Shown here piece by piece: positions 17,046-20,222 of a DNA stretch of 20,222 bases. The stretch lies in NCBI GenBank assembly GCA_037442825.1, contig JBBIPN010000018.1:1-20222 (forward strand), written 5' to 3'. The translations under genes were made by a program, and so were the position numbers. This stretch comes from Sulfurihydrogenibium sp. (GTDB taxonomy: Bacteria; Aquificota; Aquificia; Aquificales; Hydrogenothermaceae). Each line of letters starts with the position of its first letter. Position 1 is the first letter of the stretch. Below the pieces are notes generated by a model. It did not search any database and was not told where the DNA came from. It was given only the letters and a program-made list of their open reading frames with translations.

Positions 17046-18159
17046 AGATTTTTTAATAAAAAAGTTAAACAGTATAAAAGAGAAAAACAGATATAGAGAA
17101 AGAATAATTTTAGATAAAGATGTTATTAATTTTTCTTCTAATGATTATTTAAGTTTAAAAAACAATCAAAAAACAAAGGAAAAACTGAAAGAGTCTCTTG
17201 ATAAAATATATCTTGGAAGTGGAGCTTCTGTTTTAGTTTCCGGTTACTATGAAGTACAAAAAGAACTTGAAAATTTCATAGCTAACTTTAAACAGACTGA
17301 AAGTTGTGTAGTTGTTGGAAGTGGTTATATGGCAAATGTTGGGCTTATACAAACTATAACAGAAGAAAACGACATAATATTTAGTGATGAACTTAACCAT
17401 GCTTCTATAATAGATGGAATAAGAATATCAAAAGCTAAAAAAGTTATATACAAACATTGTGATGTTGAAGATTTAGAAGAAAAGCTATTAAAATACGATA
17501 CAGATGGAAAAAAGATAATCATTACAGATGGTGTTTTTAGTATGGAAGGAGATATTGCTCCAGTAGATAAAATTGTTGATTTAGCGAAAAAGTATAAATG
17601 TGTTGTTGTTATAGATGATGCACATGGAACAGGAATAACAGGAGAAGGAAGGGGAACTTTAAACCACTTTGGTATATTACCTGATAAAAATATTATTCAG
17701 ATGGGGACTTTATCTAAAGCAGTAGGTAGTTATGGAGCATTTATCTGTGGCAGTTATTTACTTATTGATTACTTAATAAACACTATGAGAAGTTTGATAT
17801 TTACAACAGCTTTATCTCCAATACAAAATTTTATATCCCTTGAAAATTTCAAAATCTTACAAAATGAACCAATCAGAAGAGAAGAAGTTTTAAAAAAATC
17901 AAAATATTTAGTTGAAGGATTGAGAGATTTAGGTTTAGATGTTAATTTTTATCAAACTTCTATAGTATCTTTAGTTGTTGGTAGTGAAGAAAAAGCTTTA
18001 AATTTAAGGGATAAACTTCTTAAAAATAATATATTCATTCAAGCTATAAGACCACCAACAGTACCTGAAAACACATCCAGATTGAGAATAACTATAAATT
18101 ATGATCACTCTTACGAAGATATTGATAAACTTTTAAATATATTGAAGAATAGCCTTTAA
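17035..18159 (+). CDS. bioF: 8-amino-7-oxononanoate synthase (class II PLP enzyme)
   Basis: NFSSNDYL, SGYMANVG, SDELNHASIIDG, DGVFSMEGD, DDAHG, GTLSKA (PLP Lys) and AIRPPTVP...RLRIT. Confidence 0.92.
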   Translation: MNFEDFLIKKLNSIKEKNRYRERIILDKDVINFSSNDYLSLKNNQKTKEKLKESLDKIYLGSGASVLVSGYYEVQKELENFIANFKQTESCVVVGSGYMANVGLIQTITEENDIIFSDELNHASIIDGIRISKAKKVIYKHCDVEDLEEKLLKYDTDGKKIIITDGVFSMEGDIAPVDKIVDLAKKYKCVVVIDDAHGTGITGEGRGTLNHFGILPDKNIIQMGTLSKAVGSYGAFICGSYLLIDYLINTMRSLIFTTALSPIQNFISLENFKILQNEPIRREEVLKKSKYLVEGLRDLGLDVNFYQTSIVSLVVGSEEKALNLRDKLLKNNIFIQAIRPPTVPENTSRLRITINYDHSYEDIDKLLNILKNSL

Positions 18160-18960
18160 ACCTTCTAAACCTGTAGTTGGTAAAGATATAGCGTTTATAT
18201 CTGTAGGTACCTGGTAATCTACAGGGTTTATTCTTATGAGATAACCATTTGAAATTTTAGCTATCTGTTCTGATTTCCATCTAACCGTTGGGACAGCTTT
18301 ACCTGCACCGATTTCTATAATTACCAACTTTTGGTTTAAATCAATAATTCTTTCAAGCCATAGATTAAATCTAAATTCTTGAGATTCTGTCCTATCAGCT
18401 ATAAAACTAAAATCTCCAAACATTAATATATTTGGTCTTGCTATAGCATTACAATGTATACATTTTGGTAATGGTTCTAATGCCTCAAATGTTTCCATAT
18501 CTATATTTACAACTGTATTATCAGCACTCCATATATCATCACTACAAGGTTTCACACATTGAAGATAGTGAATAGAACCATGGATTTCTACAATCTTATT
18601 TTCATCAAAACCAGCTTTTTGAAACTGTCCATCTACATTTGAGGTAAATATAAAGTAGTTGTTATTTTTATGTTTTATAAAATCTTTTAAAAGATAGAAT
18701 CCTAAATGTGGGTTTGTGTTTCTGTATAGATTTAATCTATGACCATAAAAAGCCCAAGCAAGTTTTGGATTCTTTATAAACCAGTAAGGATTAGCAAGCT
18801 CTTGAAAAGATAGACCTAATTTTTTTGCAATAGGGTACGTTTTCCAAAAACCTTCTTTACCACGGAAATCTGGAAGCCCAGAGTCAACTCCCATTCCAGC
18901 TCCGGCAGTTATCAAAACAGCTTCAGCTTCTTTAAGTATATCTTTAATTTTCTCTATCAT
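18133..18960 (-). CDS. Sir2-family NAD-dependent protein (sirtuin), atypical subgroup
   Basis: ITAGAGMGVDSGLPDFRG, TSNVDG, EIHGS, Zn-ribbon CVKPC...CIHC, ARPNILMFGD, IEIGAG and IRINP. ATGA overlap with pgi. Confidence 0.9.
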   Translation of the reverse strand: MIEKIKDILKEAEAVLITAGAGMGVDSGLPDFRGKEGFWKTYPIAKKLGLSFQELANPYWFIKNPKLAWAFYGHRLNLYRNTNPHLGFYLLKDFIKHKNNNYFIFTSNVDGQFQKAGFDENKIVEIHGSIHYLQCVKPCSDDIWSADNTVVNIDMETFEALEPLPKCIHCNAIARPNILMFGDFSFIADRTESQEFRFNLWLERIIDLNQKLVIIEIGAGKAVPTVRWKSEQIAKISNGYLIRINPVDYQVPTDINAISLPTTGLEGLKAILQYI

Positions 18961-20222
18961 TCTACTTTTAAACTGTACAACTTCTTATTTAAAGATTTAA
19001 ATTCTTCTAACTTTTTCTCATATCCTTTTCGACCCATAAGTGCATAAGCAAAATTTTTGCCTTCTTCTACTGCTGGTTGATCAAAAGGGTTTATTTTATA
19101 TAAATATCCAGTAAATGCTGTTGCAAGTTCGTAAATGTATATAAGTATACCAAGATTGTAAGGAGTTAATTTATCTACTGTTATTGTTATATTTGGTACT
19201 TGACTTTTAACTAATGCTGCTTTTGTCCCTTCAAACTCTGCATCTAAAATCTCTTTTAAAGAATACCCAGAAAGATAATTGATATCTGAAGGTATATCGT
19301 TAGGGATTTTAAAATCTCTCTCAGATTCTATTACATTTAAAAATGTGATTACTTTATCTTTTGGACCTTCTCTGAAAAGTTGAATCTGTGAGTGTTGATC
19401 TATCGTTCCAATAGCTTTTATAGGAGTTTGTCCTAAACCTTCTTTTCCTAAACTTTCAGCCCATAGCTGTCTATACCAATCAACAAAAGAAGATAACCTT
19501 TCATTATAGGGCATCATTACAGATATAGGTTTTCCTTTTTTTTCTGAAAGTATATAGTTTATAGTACCAATCAAATAAGCTGGATTTTTAAAAGGATTTG
19601 AGTGTTTCATACATATTTCGTCAGCTTTTTTTGCACCTTCTAAAAGTTCATCTATATCAATACCAACAACAGCAGAAGATAAAAGCCCTACATTAGATAA
19701 AACAGAAAATCTACCACCTACCTGTGGTGGAATATCAAGCATTTTTATTCTATTTTCTTTTCCAAACTTTCTTAAAAAACCTTTTTCTGGATCTGTTGTA
19801 AATATTAGATTATCTTTATAACTTCCTCCAAGTTCTTCTTTTAATGTTGTGTATACGATAGAAAAGTTAGCTATAGTTTCTACTGTAGAGCCTGATTTTG
19901 TAATAACGTTAAACATTGTTTTTCTAACATCTATAACATCAAAAATACTACCTATTTTTTCCGGGTCTACATTGTCCATTATGTAAAATTTTGGATAGTT
20001 AAAATAGTTGTAGTTAAAACCATTGATAGCTTCATGTGTCATCTGATTTCCAAGGGCAGATCCACCAATTCCAATAACTACAAAATAATCAAAATTTTTC
20101 TTTATTTCTGATGCTAACGCTTTTATATGTTTTGTATCTTGATAAGGAAGGTTTGTAAAGTAAAATCTATCATCTCTTTCTAATTTAATTATATCATGAA
20201 TTTCTTTTATAACTTTTTCTAA
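18957..20222 (-). CDS. pgi: Glucose-6-phosphate isomerase (5' end outside the window)
   Basis: The frame stays open beyond the ORF-track start at 20042 to the window edge, adding ...NLPYQD...FVVIGIGGSALGNQM. Also TKSGSTVET, VGGRFSVLS, QLWAESLGK, DQHS and INPFDQPAVEEGK. Confidence 0.97.
   Translation of the reverse strand, partial: LEKVIKEIHDIIKLERDDRFYFTNLPYQDTKHIKALASEIKKNFDYFVVIGIGGSALGNQMTHEAINGFNYNYFNYPKFYIMDNVDPEKIGSIFDVIDVRKTMFNVITKSGSTVETIANFSIVYTTLKEELGGSYKDNLIFTTDPEKGFLRKFGKENRIKMLDIPPQVGGRFSVLSNVGLLSSAVVGIDIDELLEGAKKADEICMKHSNPFKNPAYLIGTINYILSEKKGKPISVMMPYNERLSSFVDWYRQLWAESLGKEGLGQTPIKAIGTIDQHSQIQLFREGPKDKVITFLNVIESERDFKIPNDIPSDINYLSGYSLKEILDAEFEGTKAALVKSQVPNITITVDKLTPYNLGILIYIYELATAFTGYLYKINPFDQPAVEEGKNFAYALMGRKGYEKKLEEFKSLNKKLYSLKVE

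Noticed and set aside
16445..17522. Minus-strand ORFs at 16445-16645 and 17325-17522
   Set aside because: Antisense shadows of hisH and bioF.
18133..18960. SIR2 protein as an anti-phage effector (Thoeris, DSR, pAgo-associated)
   Set aside because: It keeps the Zn ribbon, has no partner defence genes, and sits between pgi and bioF with background-like composition.

Overview
An AT-rich (roughly 30% GC by eye), densely coding bacterial chromosomal window. Gene content and order resemble a thermophilic Aquificota genome, probably Hydrogenothermaceae-like; this is inference and was not searched. It holds mostly housekeeping genes: an HhH-GPD glycosylase, yebC-ruvC-(secreted Cys-rich ORF)-rdgB-GT2, a long Hsp100/ClpB-type ATPase, xth, a leftward efp-accB-hldD-thrB-(CgeB-like GT)-purH-folD run, trpA-hisH-bioF, a sirtuin, and pgi with its 5' end outside the window. 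I found no RNA genes, mobile elements, CRISPR arrays or defence island, and I cannot support a wholly new multi-gene system. The best leads centre on the Clp locus: an enlarged N-domain with a coiled-coil insert, a duplicated UVR-like middle domain, a strong in-frame internal SD+ATG, and a consensus promoter overlapped by a HAIR-like inverted repeat. Other leads are a stand-alone Cys-rich V4R-like protein next to a palindromic operator candidate, a probably leaderless glycosylase gene, and several non-canonical active-site motifs.
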